Shown here: piece after piece, positions 37,944-48,004 of the stretch
How the letters are laid out: each line of letters opens with the position of its first letter
Position numbering within the stretch: position 1 is the first letter of the stretch
NCBI GenBank assembly: GCA_043814095.1
Contig: JBDRKI010000054.1
Span: 14,666-78,665, forward strand
DNA: 64,000 nt
Direction of reading: 5' to 3'
DNA from: Armatimonadota bacterium
Lineage (GTDB): Bacteria > Vulcanimicrobiota > JACPDS01 > JBDRKI01
Program-made: the position numbers and the translations under genes
The notes under the pieces: model-generated
What the model was told of the DNA's origin: nothing
Database searches by the model: none
What the model saw: only the letters and a program-made list of their open reading frames with translations

Positions 37944-39203
37944 ATGGATCCGGAAAAAGAGAATATAACGGAAAGAATGCAAAAACTCGAAAAACTGCAG
38001 GAAATAACGCTGTTTTTAAGCTCTACTCTTGACCTTAATAATCTCATAGAAAGAATAATAAAAACGGCCAAATTAAATCTAAATGTGGAAGATTCTTCTT
38101 TAATGCTTCTTGACGAAGAAAAAATGGAGCTCTATTTCCGCTATATTGACCCGGAAAACATGAGTGAAGAGCAGTGCAGATCACTGAGATCAATAAGGTT
38201 AAAAATCGGCGAAGGTATAGGAGGGTTTGTCGCGAAAACAGGCGAGCCGCTGATTATATCGGATGTCCAGCATGATCCGAGGTTCTCCGTAAAGGGAGAT
38301 AAGTCCACCGGAAAGATAACTCAAAACATGCTTTGCGTCCCCATAAAATATAATAAAAATATTATCGGGGTGCTTGAACTGATAAATAAAAAAGACGGCA
38401 ACTTCACCGAAACAGACGTTTCCGACTCGCAGGCGCTCGCGAACATTGCCGGTGTTGCGATCCAGAACGCCAATCTTCACGAAAAAACCTTAAAAAGTTT
38501 AAACAGAATCACCGAACTTGAAGAATCAAAAACAAAATTCACGTCAATAATATCTCATGAGCTGAATACCCCTTTAACGGCCGTAAGGGGCTATGCCGAT
38601 TTATTCTCCGAAGAAATTGACGGGATACCGCCGGAAACCGCGAAAGAATATCTAGATACGATTATAAGGGAATCGTCGCGCCTCGCGGTCTTAATAAATG
38701 ACATTTTCATAATAAATGATATAGACTGTATACAGGAGCAGATGTCTTTGAAAGAGCACAATATACCCGAGATTGTAAATAAAACAGTGGAAAAATTTAA
38801 AGAAAATTGCCCCGGCCGGAAAATAACGGTATCTGCCGGCAAAGAAGACATAAAAGCGGTTATAGACAGCGATAAAATAGCTCACTGCTTAGAACATCTT
38901 CTTGATAACGCGGTTAAATTCTCAGGCGAAGATACCGTAATAAATGTAAATATTGAGAAAAAGGATAACTTCATAGAAATTACCGTTGAAGATAAAGGAT
39001 GCGGCATACCGGAAAATGAACAAAAAAACATATTCAATAAGTTCTACCAGGTTGATATGTGCTCCACCAGATGCTTTGAGGGAATCGGAAACGGCCTTTT
39101 TATATGCAAAAAACTGGTAGAAGCGCATAGGGGAGAAATAACCTGCAAAAGTACGCCGGATGTAGGATCGCGTTTTTTATTAAAATTTCCCGCGGAGCGG
39201 TAA
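37944..39203 (+). CDS. GAF-domain sensor histidine kinase
   Basis: GEGIGGFVAKTGEP and IGVLELINK (GAF); SHELNTPL, NAVKFS, DKGCGI and GNGLFI. Confidence 0.92.
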   Translation: MDPEKENITERMQKLEKLQEITLFLSSTLDLNNLIERIIKTAKLNLNVEDSSLMLLDEEKMELYFRYIDPENMSEEQCRSLRSIRLKIGEGIGGFVAKTGEPLIISDVQHDPRFSVKGDKSTGKITQNMLCVPIKYNKNIIGVLELINKKDGNFTETDVSDSQALANIAGVAIQNANLHEKTLKSLNRITELEESKTKFTSIISHELNTPLTAVRGYADLFSEEIDGIPPETAKEYLDTIIRESSRLAVLINDIFIINDIDCIQEQMSLKEHNIPEIVNKTVEKFKENCPGRKITVSAGKEDIKAVIDSDKIAHCLEHLLDNAVKFSGEDTVINVNIEKKDNFIEITVEDKGCGIPENEQKNIFNKFYQVDMCSTRCFEGIGNGLFICKKLVEAHRGEITCKSTPDVGSRFLLKFPAER

Positions 39204-39205
39204 AA

Positions 39206-40288
39206 ATGAAAAAATCATACGCTAACCTGCCCCTTCACGGAGGCAAAGCACCCGCATGGCTTTTCTCAAGGATGAGGCTCCTTGCAAGAGAGATAGCTAT
39301 AGCGATAGTCAGCGAATATAATTCAAAAGAGCTTTTAAACCGGCTTTCCGACCCTTTCTGGTTCCAGGCATTCGGATGTGTGCTGGGTTTTGACTGGCAT
39401 TCGTCAGGCGTAACGACAACGACACTGGGCGCTTTAAAAGACGGAACAAAAGAAATAGATAAAGACCTCGGCGTATTTATCGCGGGGGGGAAAGGCAGAA
39501 CATCAAGAGGCACGCCTCAGGAGATTGAGAAAATCATTGATAAAAATTCTTTAAGCCTTGAGGCGGAAAAACTTAAATATGCCAGCAGGATGTCCGCGAA
39601 AGTGGATTCTAACGCCCTTCAGGACGGTTTTTCCATTTACCACCACAACTTATTATTTACAAAAGACGGATCATGGTCGGTAATCCAGCAGGGCATGAAA
39701 GAAACTTCCCGCATGGCAAGACGCTACCACTGGCTTAGCGAAAACCTTAAGGACTTTGTCTGCGAGCCCCATCTTGCCGTATGCTGCGATAAAAAAACAA
39801 ATGTATTAAACCTTGTGGCAGAAGAGGGCAAAGAGAACAGATCGGCTTCGTGTTTTGTCGCGGGCGAGAAACCCGAAAAAATAATAAAAGATTTAAATAA
39901 GCTTAAAGAACTTACACTGCCTGAAAGACACCACATACTTTTAAGCGATATAAACCCCGAAAGACTTAAAACTATTTTCTTAAAAACCTACCTGGCTCAG
40001 CCCAAAAACTTTGAAGAACTTCTGGGCATTACAGGCGTGGGCGCTAAAACCATGCGCTCTCTCTCCCTTATATCAGAACTTGTATACAACGCGCCTGCAA
40101 GCATAAAAGACCCTGTAAGATTCAGCTTCGCGCACGGAGGGAAAGACTCTTTCCCCTATCCCGTGGACAGAGATACTTACGATCTTTCAATAGAAATATT
40201 AAATAAAGCGATTAATAAAGCAGGCATAGACCATACGGAAAAAATAAAGGCGTTTAAAAGACTGGGAAAATATAACCGGGAGAACTAA
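39206..40288 (+). CDS. DUF763 family protein
   Basis: LPLHGGKAPAWLF, DPFWFQAFGCVLGFDWHSSG and FAHGGKD. Confidence 0.88.
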   Translation: MKKSYANLPLHGGKAPAWLFSRMRLLAREIAIAIVSEYNSKELLNRLSDPFWFQAFGCVLGFDWHSSGVTTTTLGALKDGTKEIDKDLGVFIAGGKGRTSRGTPQEIEKIIDKNSLSLEAEKLKYASRMSAKVDSNALQDGFSIYHHNLLFTKDGSWSVIQQGMKETSRMARRYHWLSENLKDFVCEPHLAVCCDKKTNVLNLVAEEGKENRSASCFVAGEKPEKIIKDLNKLKELTLPERHHILLSDINPERLKTIFLKTYLAQPKNFEELLGITGVGAKTMRSLSLISELVYNAPASIKDPVRFSFAHGGKDSFPYPVDRDTYDLSIEILNKAINKAGIDHTEKIKAFKRLGKYNREN

Positions 40289-40289
40289 C

Positions 40290-42566
40290 ATGAAAAAAAA
40301 CATCTTTTTAAAAATACTTATTATACTCTTTAGTTTTTGTATTTTATCGGGATTAAGCGCTTTTGCCGATGACGCTCAAGACTATGCCCTTACCGCTTCC
40401 GAGCTTCCAGGCGGGTGGAAAATCCTTGAAGGCAAGTATTTAATTAATGATGACGATTATGTGCAGTTTGAAAAAAACACAAAATGGACAAGAAAAGGCA
40501 CGGCCGATTTCCCCCGTGAAAATTACGCGCAGGTTTTAGAAACAGATAATAAAATACGCATACTTGTCGCCGTTAATCTTTACCCCGACATAGAAACGGC
40601 AAGAAAAGCTCTTAACAACGATACGGGAACAAAAATGAACATAGCCGATGAAGGGCTTAAGGTTGATACTAAAAAAGGGGTCCATTTTTATGAATTCAGG
40701 ATAGGAAGATACTGTATAGGAGTAATATCCAGAATAGATAAAAGAGCCAAACAAACAATTGATTTAATACTGAAAAAAATAAAAGGCGCGCCTCTCTACA
40801 CGCCCAGCCCCGACCCGACAGACAATTACTCAAAAACAGAATATCCTTATGAAAAACCCTATAAAGAACCATATAAAGAGAAGAAACCCTTTAAAGTAAA
40901 TCCCTTAGCGGTTATCGCGGGCATACTGGGCGCAGCCGCGGGTCTTGCCGGCCTTATATACCTTTTAGCCAAGCTTGCGGGAGCAAAGGCCGCATCAATT
41001 ACACCTAAAAAACTGCCTGAAGTACAGTTTAAAAAACCTAAAAAAACGCCTAAAATACAGTTTGAGAAAAAAGCTAAACCTAAAATAGAGTTTAAAAAAG
41101 ATGAATCTTCCAAAGAAAAAGACAAGGATAAAGAAGAAAAACAGAAAGCGTTCTTTATAGATGTCTCCGCGAATAAGACAGACCTTAACGCGGACGGTAA
41201 AGATAGCGCGAAAATTACCGCTTATGTTACCGACTTTGAAGGCAACCCGGTACCCGGCATAGCAGTTCTTTTTACCGCATCAAGACCCAATAGATCCGTG
41301 CCCCCTTCCATGGCAACGGACTCAAACGGGACTGCGAGCTTTAATTATATTTCCTCCGCATCTTCAGGAACCCAGTTAATACAGGGAAGACTTGCTTCTG
41401 ACCCTTTGAAAGAATCCTCGGCAAGAATTGACGAAGAAAAAAGAAAGATAGCACAAATAGAGCTTGATATATCGCCGGAAGAAGTCCCTGCGGACGGCGA
41501 AAGTAAGGCCGAGGTAAGAATCTTCGCTTCTGACAATAAGGGGGGGACAGCTAAGAACGAAAAAATAGAGCTCTGGTTTAAAAATTATGACGGCAGCAAA
41601 ATTGAACCGGGAACCGTAATAACTGATGAAAACGGTGAGGCCCGCGCTGAATTTACATCCGGCAAACACCCCGGGGAACAGAAAATATCGGCAGCTTCCT
41701 TATCAGATTCAAATGTTGCAAATTCAATCTCTATACAGCTTAAAAAAGAAATATGTTATGAGGCAAGGGATTCCTGGACCAATTACGCGGTAAGGGTAAT
41801 CCTGCGCGAAGAAGGCATAAGAAAAGTAACAGATAAGGACATTGTATCCGCGAAAGTAATTGATCCGGCGGGAAATAAAACAGCTTCCGGCTTCGGTGAT
41901 GACCTTTTATCCTTAGCGGCCGTTATCGGCAATTACGGTGTAACGCCCGCCGATGAGATATTTTATAAACAGAGAGCGGATAAATGGGAAGAAGTGAATG
42001 AGAAATGCAGAAAATCACTGAAAGATCTTGAGAATGCCGGAACCATAGGTGATACTGTCCAGGCAATGTGCATTATATCCGTCCTTGCAGAAATCGGATT
42101 CTCCCTTGCGGGAGATAAACTTGCCGGTGACGCCATAGGCGGGGCAATGCTTAAATACTTCCCTGCCGTTATGAAAAAAGTGCGGGACGGCTTCTCTAAG
42201 GGATCGGCCGAAAACCAGGAAATTATCATGAAAAAAATAGAAAGGCAGAAAAAAGACATACACCATATGGAAAGATTGTCAAAAGAGATAGCGGATATAT
42301 GGAAAAATTTATCCTACAGCAGGGGCAATTCCAAAGATGCGGCTAAATGGATAGAAAAAGATTATGAATCGGATTTCTACATAAACAATATTCTTCTTCT
42401 TGAAGACGCTTTAGATGCCGGCAGAAAGGCCGGAATTCTTTCTGCCCCCGAAGAAGCAAAATACAACCTTGAACTTGAGGGTATAAGAACAAGGCTCGGC
42501 GCCGGGATGGATGATATTAACAAGATAAAGGAATTAAGGCAGAAAATAAGGTCGTCTATACGATAG
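40290..42566 (+). CDS. Membrane protein with two Big_1 (invasin-like) Ig domains
   Basis: Signal peptide, internal TM, LNADGKDSAKITAYVTDFEGNPVPG and VPADGESKAEV repeats. Confidence 0.65.
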   Translation: MKKNIFLKILIILFSFCILSGLSAFADDAQDYALTASELPGGWKILEGKYLINDDDYVQFEKNTKWTRKGTADFPRENYAQVLETDNKIRILVAVNLYPDIETARKALNNDTGTKMNIADEGLKVDTKKGVHFYEFRIGRYCIGVISRIDKRAKQTIDLILKKIKGAPLYTPSPDPTDNYSKTEYPYEKPYKEPYKEKKPFKVNPLAVIAGILGAAAGLAGLIYLLAKLAGAKAASITPKKLPEVQFKKPKKTPKIQFEKKAKPKIEFKKDESSKEKDKDKEEKQKAFFIDVSANKTDLNADGKDSAKITAYVTDFEGNPVPGIAVLFTASRPNRSVPPSMATDSNGTASFNYISSASSGTQLIQGRLASDPLKESSARIDEEKRKIAQIELDISPEEVPADGESKAEVRIFASDNKGGTAKNEKIELWFKNYDGSKIEPGTVITDENGEARAEFTSGKHPGEQKISAASLSDSNVANSISIQLKKEICYEARDSWTNYAVRVILREEGIRKVTDKDIVSAKVIDPAGNKTASGFGDDLLSLAAVIGNYGVTPADEIFYKQRADKWEEVNEKCRKSLKDLENAGTIGDTVQAMCIISVLAEIGFSLAGDKLAGDAIGGAMLKYFPAVMKKVRDGFSKGSAENQEIIMKKIERQKKDIHHMERLSKEIADIWKNLSYSRGNSKDAAKWIEKDYESDFYINNILLLEDALDAGRKAGILSAPEEAKYNLELEGIRTRLGAGMDDINKIKELRQKIRSSIR

Positions 42567-42930
42567 AAACTTTAGTATTTGCCGTTATTATCTTCCCTTC
42601 TTCGGGGATAATTTTAGATACTTTAAGTTTTATATTTTCAAATACAAGAGTCTGCCCTTCTTCTGTCTTTTTACCCATTAAAAATGAAGCAAGTTCATCT
42701 GATCTTGCTTCAAGAATATTTACATCTGCGGATTCTATGTTAAATTCTATTATTTCAATATCCGGTTCTTCTTCTGTTGCGGAAGAGCTTACAATCCTTA
42801 TCCTTGGCCTACCGTAAGAAGAAACAGAAGTTTTTTTATTCCTCGGCTTTAATAAAAAATAAATCATTACCGCCGCGCAGATAATAAGAATAAGTAAAAT
42901 GAATATAAAAACAATAAATCCGATCATCAT
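42556..42930 (-). CDS. Membrane-anchored hypothetical protein with CDC48 domain-2-like segment
   Basis: N-terminal TM; FLMGKKTEEGQTL...KVSKIIPEEGKIITANTKVSI. Confidence 0.5.
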   Translation of the reverse strand: MMIGFIVFIFILLILIICAAVMIYFLLKPRNKKTSVSSYGRPRIRIVSSSATEEEPDIEIIEFNIESADVNILEARSDELASFLMGKKTEEGQTLVFENIKLKVSKIIPEEGKIITANTKVSIV

Positions 42931-42941
42931 AAGCCCGTCCC

Positions 42942-43964
42942 CTATCTTATTTTCTTGGAATAAGCGTCAGTCCAGCCTTTTTCTTTTGCTGTTTTCTGAT
43001 TTTTAACCGCTTGATCTTTATTATCGGCAACGGAAACCACCACTATATAATAGCCCGGCTTTAACGCGGGATAATCGGAAGAGAGCAGTATATCAGGAAA
43101 AAATCCCTGCCTGTAAGCCTGCCATTTTTTATCCTGAGCCACTGCCTGGTCTTTTGTGCTTGCGATTATCGTAAACCACATATGTTCGGGCGCCGATAAA
43201 ACTTTATATTTTATAATATAATTATGTCCCCCGCCTATATACCAGAGATGTATCTTTGAGCCCATATCCGCGATTACGGGCCACTCTTTGCCAGGGAGGC
43301 GCTCCCTTTCCTTAAAATACTGCTCCTGCTCTTCTTTAGTTAAAAAATCAAGGCTCGGGGTTATACTGAAAATCCTTGTTTTTTTGTCAGCGGTTCTAAG
43401 AGTAACTTCGCATGAATCAGTGCCTATAACTGCCTTTATAATCCTGCCTTCTATCTGGCCTATATTTAATTTATTCTCATTCTGAGGAACGGCCTGAGCA
43501 GCTGGTTTTTCTTCCTCAAATATCTTCTCCTCCACGGTCTCAGAAACCACAGGTGCGGCAGAAGTTTCTTCACCGGACTGCTTCTTCGCGAAAAGCCCGG
43601 TACTCCTTGCAAAAAATAAAACAAGAACAATTACCGCAGCCGCGCATACCAGCATTGCAACAATTTTTGAAAAGCTTAATCCTGATTTTTCTTTGTGTTT
43701 TTCATGATGAACTTCCGCAAACGGTTCTTCTTTTTTAAACTCTATTTTTTCTTCAGTCTCGGTAATTGATATGATTGTCTCTCCTGTTATTACGCCCTGA
43801 CCGGGAGACAGATTCGCCGCTTTAAGATAAATACCGTTAAAATCTAAAACTTCACCTTCCTGTATATGCCTGCCGCTTAAGAAAGTGGAAAGTCCCTCCT
43901 GGGCCAGCTTAATTCTTTCAAGATCAGTTCTGTATACCTTAAGTTCTAAAGACTGAATATTCAT
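42942..43964 (-). CDS. Membrane protein with N-terminal CDC48 domain-2-like segment and SPOR-like C-terminus
   Basis: SD GAGGTG before ATG 43964; central TM; SDYPALKPGYYIVVV...GWTDAYSK. Confidence 0.55.
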   Translation of the reverse strand: MNIQSLELKVYRTDLERIKLAQEGLSTFLSGRHIQEGEVLDFNGIYLKAANLSPGQGVITGETIISITETEEKIEFKKEEPFAEVHHEKHKEKSGLSFSKIVAMLVCAAAVIVLVLFFARSTGLFAKKQSGEETSAAPVVSETVEEKIFEEEKPAAQAVPQNENKLNIGQIEGRIIKAVIGTDSCEVTLRTADKKTRIFSITPSLDFLTKEEQEQYFKERERLPGKEWPVIADMGSKIHLWYIGGGHNYIIKYKVLSAPEHMWFTIIASTKDQAVAQDKKWQAYRQGFFPDILLSSDYPALKPGYYIVVVSVADNKDQAVKNQKTAKEKGWTDAYSKKIR

Positions 43965-43998
43965 AATATCCACCTCATTAATATTTTATAAATAATGA

Positions 43999-44023
43999 TT
44001 TCTACAACAAAAATAATATTCCT
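43999..44023 (-). promoter_or_regulatory. Sigma-H-like promoter
   Basis: AGGA-N17-GAAA. Confidence 0.55.
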
Positions 44024-44034
44024 ATAATTTATAC

Positions 44035-45324
44035 TTATTTAGCCAGATCTGTTATTTTCTGCAAATCCTCAAAACTTATATGCGGGGATTTATACATTCT
44101 GTAAGTATTATTATGCAGAAGAGGGTCTGCATTATCAGAAAGCATTTTATCCCCCATAAGAGTATGAGGTATTGGTGAAAACTGTGTCAGCTTTACTTTT
44201 ATTTTAAACGTTTTTACAAATTCAACCGTCTTTATAATTTCTTCATAAGTCTGTCCCGGCAGACCTGTCATTACATACACCCCTATATCTTTAGCGGAAA
44301 AGCCCGCAGATAAAAGGTTATTTACGGCTTCTTCCAGATCATTATTTGTTACTTTCCCGCCTGTCTCTTTCTGAAGAGCAGGGTTCTGTGTCTCAAGACT
44401 CAGCCGCATGGTTTTAAACCCTGATTTTTTCAAAAGATATGCAAGCTCTTTATCTATATATCTTGCATGAAGCCCGTTGGGGGTATGAAAATTTATGTCC
44501 AATCCTTTCTTAATTACACCTTCCAGTATCTTTATAATATGATTTTCTTTATTAAAAAAAAGAGCGTCATCATAAAAAGCAATATTTTTAATACCTCTTT
44601 TATAATACGATTCCACCTCATTAATAACTTCATTGTAATCCCGCTGACAAAACTTATCATATAAAAAACTTGAAGCGCAGTAACTGCACCTAAACGGGCA
44701 TCCCCTTGATGTAAGAATACAGGCATATTCTAATTCCGGATAAAGATAATACGCAGGAACAATGTCTTTGACAATATTAATGTCATGGGTATGCCCTGTT
44801 AATTTAGCAATAAGTTCAGAGAATTCTTTGAAGTTAAATTTCTTAATTACATAATCAGTACCGGAGAACTCTTTTGCATGATCATAGCAGAGAGAAGCAT
44901 ATATCCCCCCTAGCACAACAGGCACCCCGGGAAAGGCCTCTTTTGCAATCTTAATAACTTCAAATGCCCCTTTATACCAGTATGTCATAACTGATGTAAC
45001 TAATATAACTTCAGGAGCGGAGATACTTCTTAATTCCTCTTTAAAAGCTTCTAAAGAAATACCGTACCTTTTATACTTCCTGGGTATGTCTTTATAAAGA
45101 TGGGGTTTTTCTATTTCTTCATGATAATATTTGCCTGTGCCGTAGAGATCAGATTCTGTTTTGCTCTTTAAAGATATGTGGTTTCTGTCCGTACAATCAA
45201 TAAAATTTATATCATATCCCGATTTTTTAAGAAAATCGGCCGCATAAAGAAGGCCTAAAGGCTTAAGCCAGAGATCATACGCTTTAAAGTCATATATCCA
45301 TGGATTTATAAGGAGAATGTTCAT
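44035..45324 (-). CDS. B12-binding domain radical SAM protein
   Basis: ILLINP, PLGLLY, VVLGGIYAS, TSRGCPFRCSYC and FYDD. Confidence 0.9.
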   Translation of the reverse strand: MNILLINPWIYDFKAYDLWLKPLGLLYAADFLKKSGYDINFIDCTDRNHISLKSKTESDLYGTGKYYHEEIEKPHLYKDIPRKYKRYGISLEAFKEELRSISAPEVILVTSVMTYWYKGAFEVIKIAKEAFPGVPVVLGGIYASLCYDHAKEFSGTDYVIKKFNFKEFSELIAKLTGHTHDINIVKDIVPAYYLYPELEYACILTSRGCPFRCSYCASSFLYDKFCQRDYNEVINEVESYYKRGIKNIAFYDDALFFNKENHIIKILEGVIKKGLDINFHTPNGLHARYIDKELAYLLKKSGFKTMRLSLETQNPALQKETGGKVTNNDLEEAVNNLLSAGFSAKDIGVYVMTGLPGQTYEEIIKTVEFVKTFKIKVKLTQFSPIPHTLMGDKMLSDNADPLLHNNTYRMYKSPHISFEDLQKITDLAK

Positions 45325-45372
45325 ATATTGTAAAAATAGAAGCTTCCGCAGGATTTCATAAAAAACATAGCA

Positions 45373-45615
45373 TTATGCCACTTTATAATTTTTTCCAAAC
45401 GGTTCAAAATCAGAGGTTTGCTGTCTTTCCAGTTTGGCTCTGATCTCTTCAAACTTTCTTACGACATCTTCAGAATATAAGCGTTCGCCGCAATGCATGC
45501 AAACTTCCGCCTCTGCTTTCAAAATAGCGGTATCATTGCCGCCGCGAATTATTTTTTCAACTTCTTTTTTAATTAATTCCCCCCCGCACACAGGGCATTT
45601 TTCAAACGGCTTCAT
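45373..45615 (-). CDS. YgiT/MqsA-type zinc-finger protein (putative antitoxin)
   Basis: CPVCGG...VCMHCGERLY. Confidence 0.85.
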   Translation of the reverse strand: MKPFEKCPVCGGELIKKEVEKIIRGGNDTAILKAEAEVCMHCGERLYSEDVVRKFEEIRAKLERQQTSDFEPFGKNYKVA

Positions 45616-45974
45616 TTTGGCTTTCTCCTTTCACACCAATCAATCCATCTTTCCGGATCAGGTCTGTAAACAGTAATCAAAACTGCCCAACCGCTATTAT
45701 TATACGCCTAAACACTGTGCACCGGATCACCATTAAATGTTTTGCCGTATATAAGACAACTGGGATAGGGTTTATCCTTTATATACTCTTCTACAATCTC
45801 CCCGTGAATAACGGAAAAGTATACTTCATTAAAAGTTATACAATCCGCCTGAGCTTCTTCATCAGCATGATCGGTAATTTTAATTTTATTTAATCTAATC
45901 GCGTTGATAATATTATCAATATTCGCGCTTTTTTCCTTAAAACCATATTTTCTCAATAATAACAAATTTTCCAT
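45612..45974 (-). pseudogene. DUF4258 (RelE-like) putative toxin interrupted by in-frame TAG
   Basis: ITDHA...DKPYPSCLIYG...PVHSV-TAG(45710-45708)-AYNNSGWAVLITVYRPDPERW...; the extended frame ends in an ATGA overlap with the zinc-finger gene. Confidence 0.8.
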
Positions 45975-45993
45975 TATGTGTAAAGAAAACTTT

Positions 45994-47142
45994 TCATAAC
46001 AAACTCAACTGCTGATACTTTTTTAGGTCGGCTAGTTTTTTGCCGTTGATTAATATAAATGGTTCTGCTCTTTTTATGACAGCTCCTGTCTGCTTCAATT
46101 CATCGGAAGTCGTAAATCTGTTTCTCCTGCGCAGTTTGGCTATTTTCTGAGCCGATACGGGACCTATGCCCGGTATCCTTATCAACTCTTCCATAGGCGC
46201 TTTATTTATCTCCACGGGAAACCTGTCCTGAGATTTCAACGCCCAGTTAAGTTTAGGATCAAGCTCAAGCGAAAGATTATTGCCGGCCTCAAATACCAGC
46301 TCTTTATTTGAAAAGCCGTAAAACCGCATAAGATAATCTGCCTGATACAAGCGGTGCTCGCGGGTTAAGGGCACAAGCGGGTTGTTTTCCATAGGCGTGC
46401 CGGGCACCGGTTGAAAAGCCGAAAAATAAGTGCGCCAGAGTTTAGTTTCTTTATACAGAGCATCTGAGGCATCAAGAAGTTCTTTATCCGTCTCCTCTCC
46501 TGCCCCTACCAGAAACTGGGTTGTCTGGGACCTTGCCCTTATGCCGGGTTTGCCCAGAAAACCGCCTATGGTCTTTAATGATTTTACAAGATCTGAATCA
46601 AATTTTTTCTCAGGGGCTATCTTATCAAGATGGCTCTGGGAGCAGGATTCTAAATTAAGGGATACCCTGTTCGCGAGCCTCATTGCTTTTTCTATAAGGG
46701 AGGCTGCCGCGCCGGGCAGAACCTTTATATGAATATACCCTTTAAATTGATACTTATACCTTATAATCTCAGCTGTCTTAACCATCTTCTCCATTGTGGG
46801 GTTAACGCCCCACGCAGCCCCTGAAGATAAAAATAATCCGAATACTTTCCTTTTATAAAACAGATCCATAAACCCGCGGGAAAGCTCGGAAGGAGTAAAG
46901 CTTAAGCGGCGGCAGTCAGACCCTGCCCTATTAACACAGTACCTGCAATTATTCTCACATTCATTGCTTAAAAGAATCTTTAATATAGGCAGTATGCCGC
47001 CGTTAGGCAGAACCGCTGGATATATCCAGCGGTGTTCGGAATCTTTAAAATCCCTTTTCCTTCCTTTGTCAACACAGGACGTAAGACATACATCATACCT
47101 TGCTGATTCTCCCAGTATCTTTATCTTCTCAAATGTATCCAT
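45994..47142 (-). CDS. Putative DNA modification/repair radical SAM protein with C-terminal HhH
   Basis: CENNCRYC, GLFLSSG, GYIHIK, REHRLYQADYLMRFYGF and RIPGIGP. Confidence 0.88.
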   Translation of the reverse strand: MDTFEKIKILGESARYDVCLTSCVDKGRKRDFKDSEHRWIYPAVLPNGGILPILKILLSNECENNCRYCVNRAGSDCRRLSFTPSELSRGFMDLFYKRKVFGLFLSSGAAWGVNPTMEKMVKTAEIIRYKYQFKGYIHIKVLPGAAASLIEKAMRLANRVSLNLESCSQSHLDKIAPEKKFDSDLVKSLKTIGGFLGKPGIRARSQTTQFLVGAGEETDKELLDASDALYKETKLWRTYFSAFQPVPGTPMENNPLVPLTREHRLYQADYLMRFYGFSNKELVFEAGNNLSLELDPKLNWALKSQDRFPVEINKAPMEELIRIPGIGPVSAQKIAKLRRRNRFTTSDELKQTGAVIKRAEPFILINGKKLADLKKYQQLSLL

Positions 47143-47312
47143 AATTATCCGCCGCTCATTTAGCATACAAAGTGAATACTTCTGTATACTTTATTCTGTA
47201 TGATACACCCCATATCCTCTTTTTTCTTTAAACTTGATTAAAAACCGCCATTTATACTATAATAAAGCTGTTATAAATGCAAAAAGAATAAAGACTCTTT
47301 TTGGGGAAACTT

Positions 47313-47819
47313 ATGTTAATTAACACAAATTTAGGAACATTTACCGATCCCTTAATATCTATCGGTTCTAATAAAAAAAAAGTAATACATAAACCTATCT
47401 ATAAAGAAAAAATAGGGCGTGCCAGTGTGGTTAAGTATGAAACTTCTTCCAAAGGCCAAGTCAAGATATATAAATATATAATTAAGCCCGGGAGCAGTTT
47501 AATACAAAGAAAAATACAGCTAAATATAGCTACAGATAAAACAAATATAAAAATATTTGTTCATACTTACAAGACTCCTGAGATATCTGTTTCTGAAAGA
47601 TCTCCTATATATTGCTATAGCTGTACCCTGAAAAAATCTAATGGTAAATACATAGTTACCCAAAAACCTTATTATACCCATACCGGCAACCTACTGGATA
47701 ATAATCAAAAATCGGATATGTCTAAACTATTAAATCTTATACTTCTTTCCAAAAAAGATAAAAACAAAACACATAAAACCATATTACATATAATCAAAAA
47801 AGCGGTAGATACGCTTTAA
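47313..47819 (+). CDS. Hypothetical basic protein
   Basis: AT-rich ORF of about 168 aa with no recognisable motif. Confidence 0.4.
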   Translation: MLINTNLGTFTDPLISIGSNKKKVIHKPIYKEKIGRASVVKYETSSKGQVKIYKYIIKPGSSLIQRKIQLNIATDKTNIKIFVHTYKTPEISVSERSPIYCYSCTLKKSNGKYIVTQKPYYTHTGNLLDNNQKSDMSKLLNLILLSKKDKNKTHKTILHIIKKAVDTL

Positions 47820-47934
47820 TAATAAAAATATAGAATTAATTATCCTTCAGTGCTTTATCATTTCCCCATAAATATCCATTTTTCCCATAATTAAACTTCA
47901 AAAATAATGCTTCCTTAATTCGCAAAACCTTTGC

Positions 47935-47959
47935 AGGAAATTTATTGTCCCTGCTGAAA
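47935..47959 (+). promoter_or_regulatory. Sigma-H-like promoter
   Basis: GCAGGA-N17-GAAAT upstream of 48005. Confidence 0.55.
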
Positions 47960-48004
47960 TTTAAAAAATAGGTATTATATTTTTAGAGAAATAAAGGAGG
48001 AAAA

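Noticed and set aside
45350-45374. GCAGGATTTCATAAAAAACATAGCATT as an antisense sigma-H promoter
   Set aside because: The -35 is good, but the -10 does not match GAA at N17 and there is no plus-strand gene downstream.
45708-45710. Pyrrolysine or genome-wide amber recoding
   Set aside because: TAG terminates several complete genes in this window, so a single nonsense change is simpler.
47164-47202. Imperfect palindrome upstream of the DNA-repair radical SAM gene as a LexA box
   Set aside because: It does not cleanly match any LexA consensus I know, and there is no second instance in the window.
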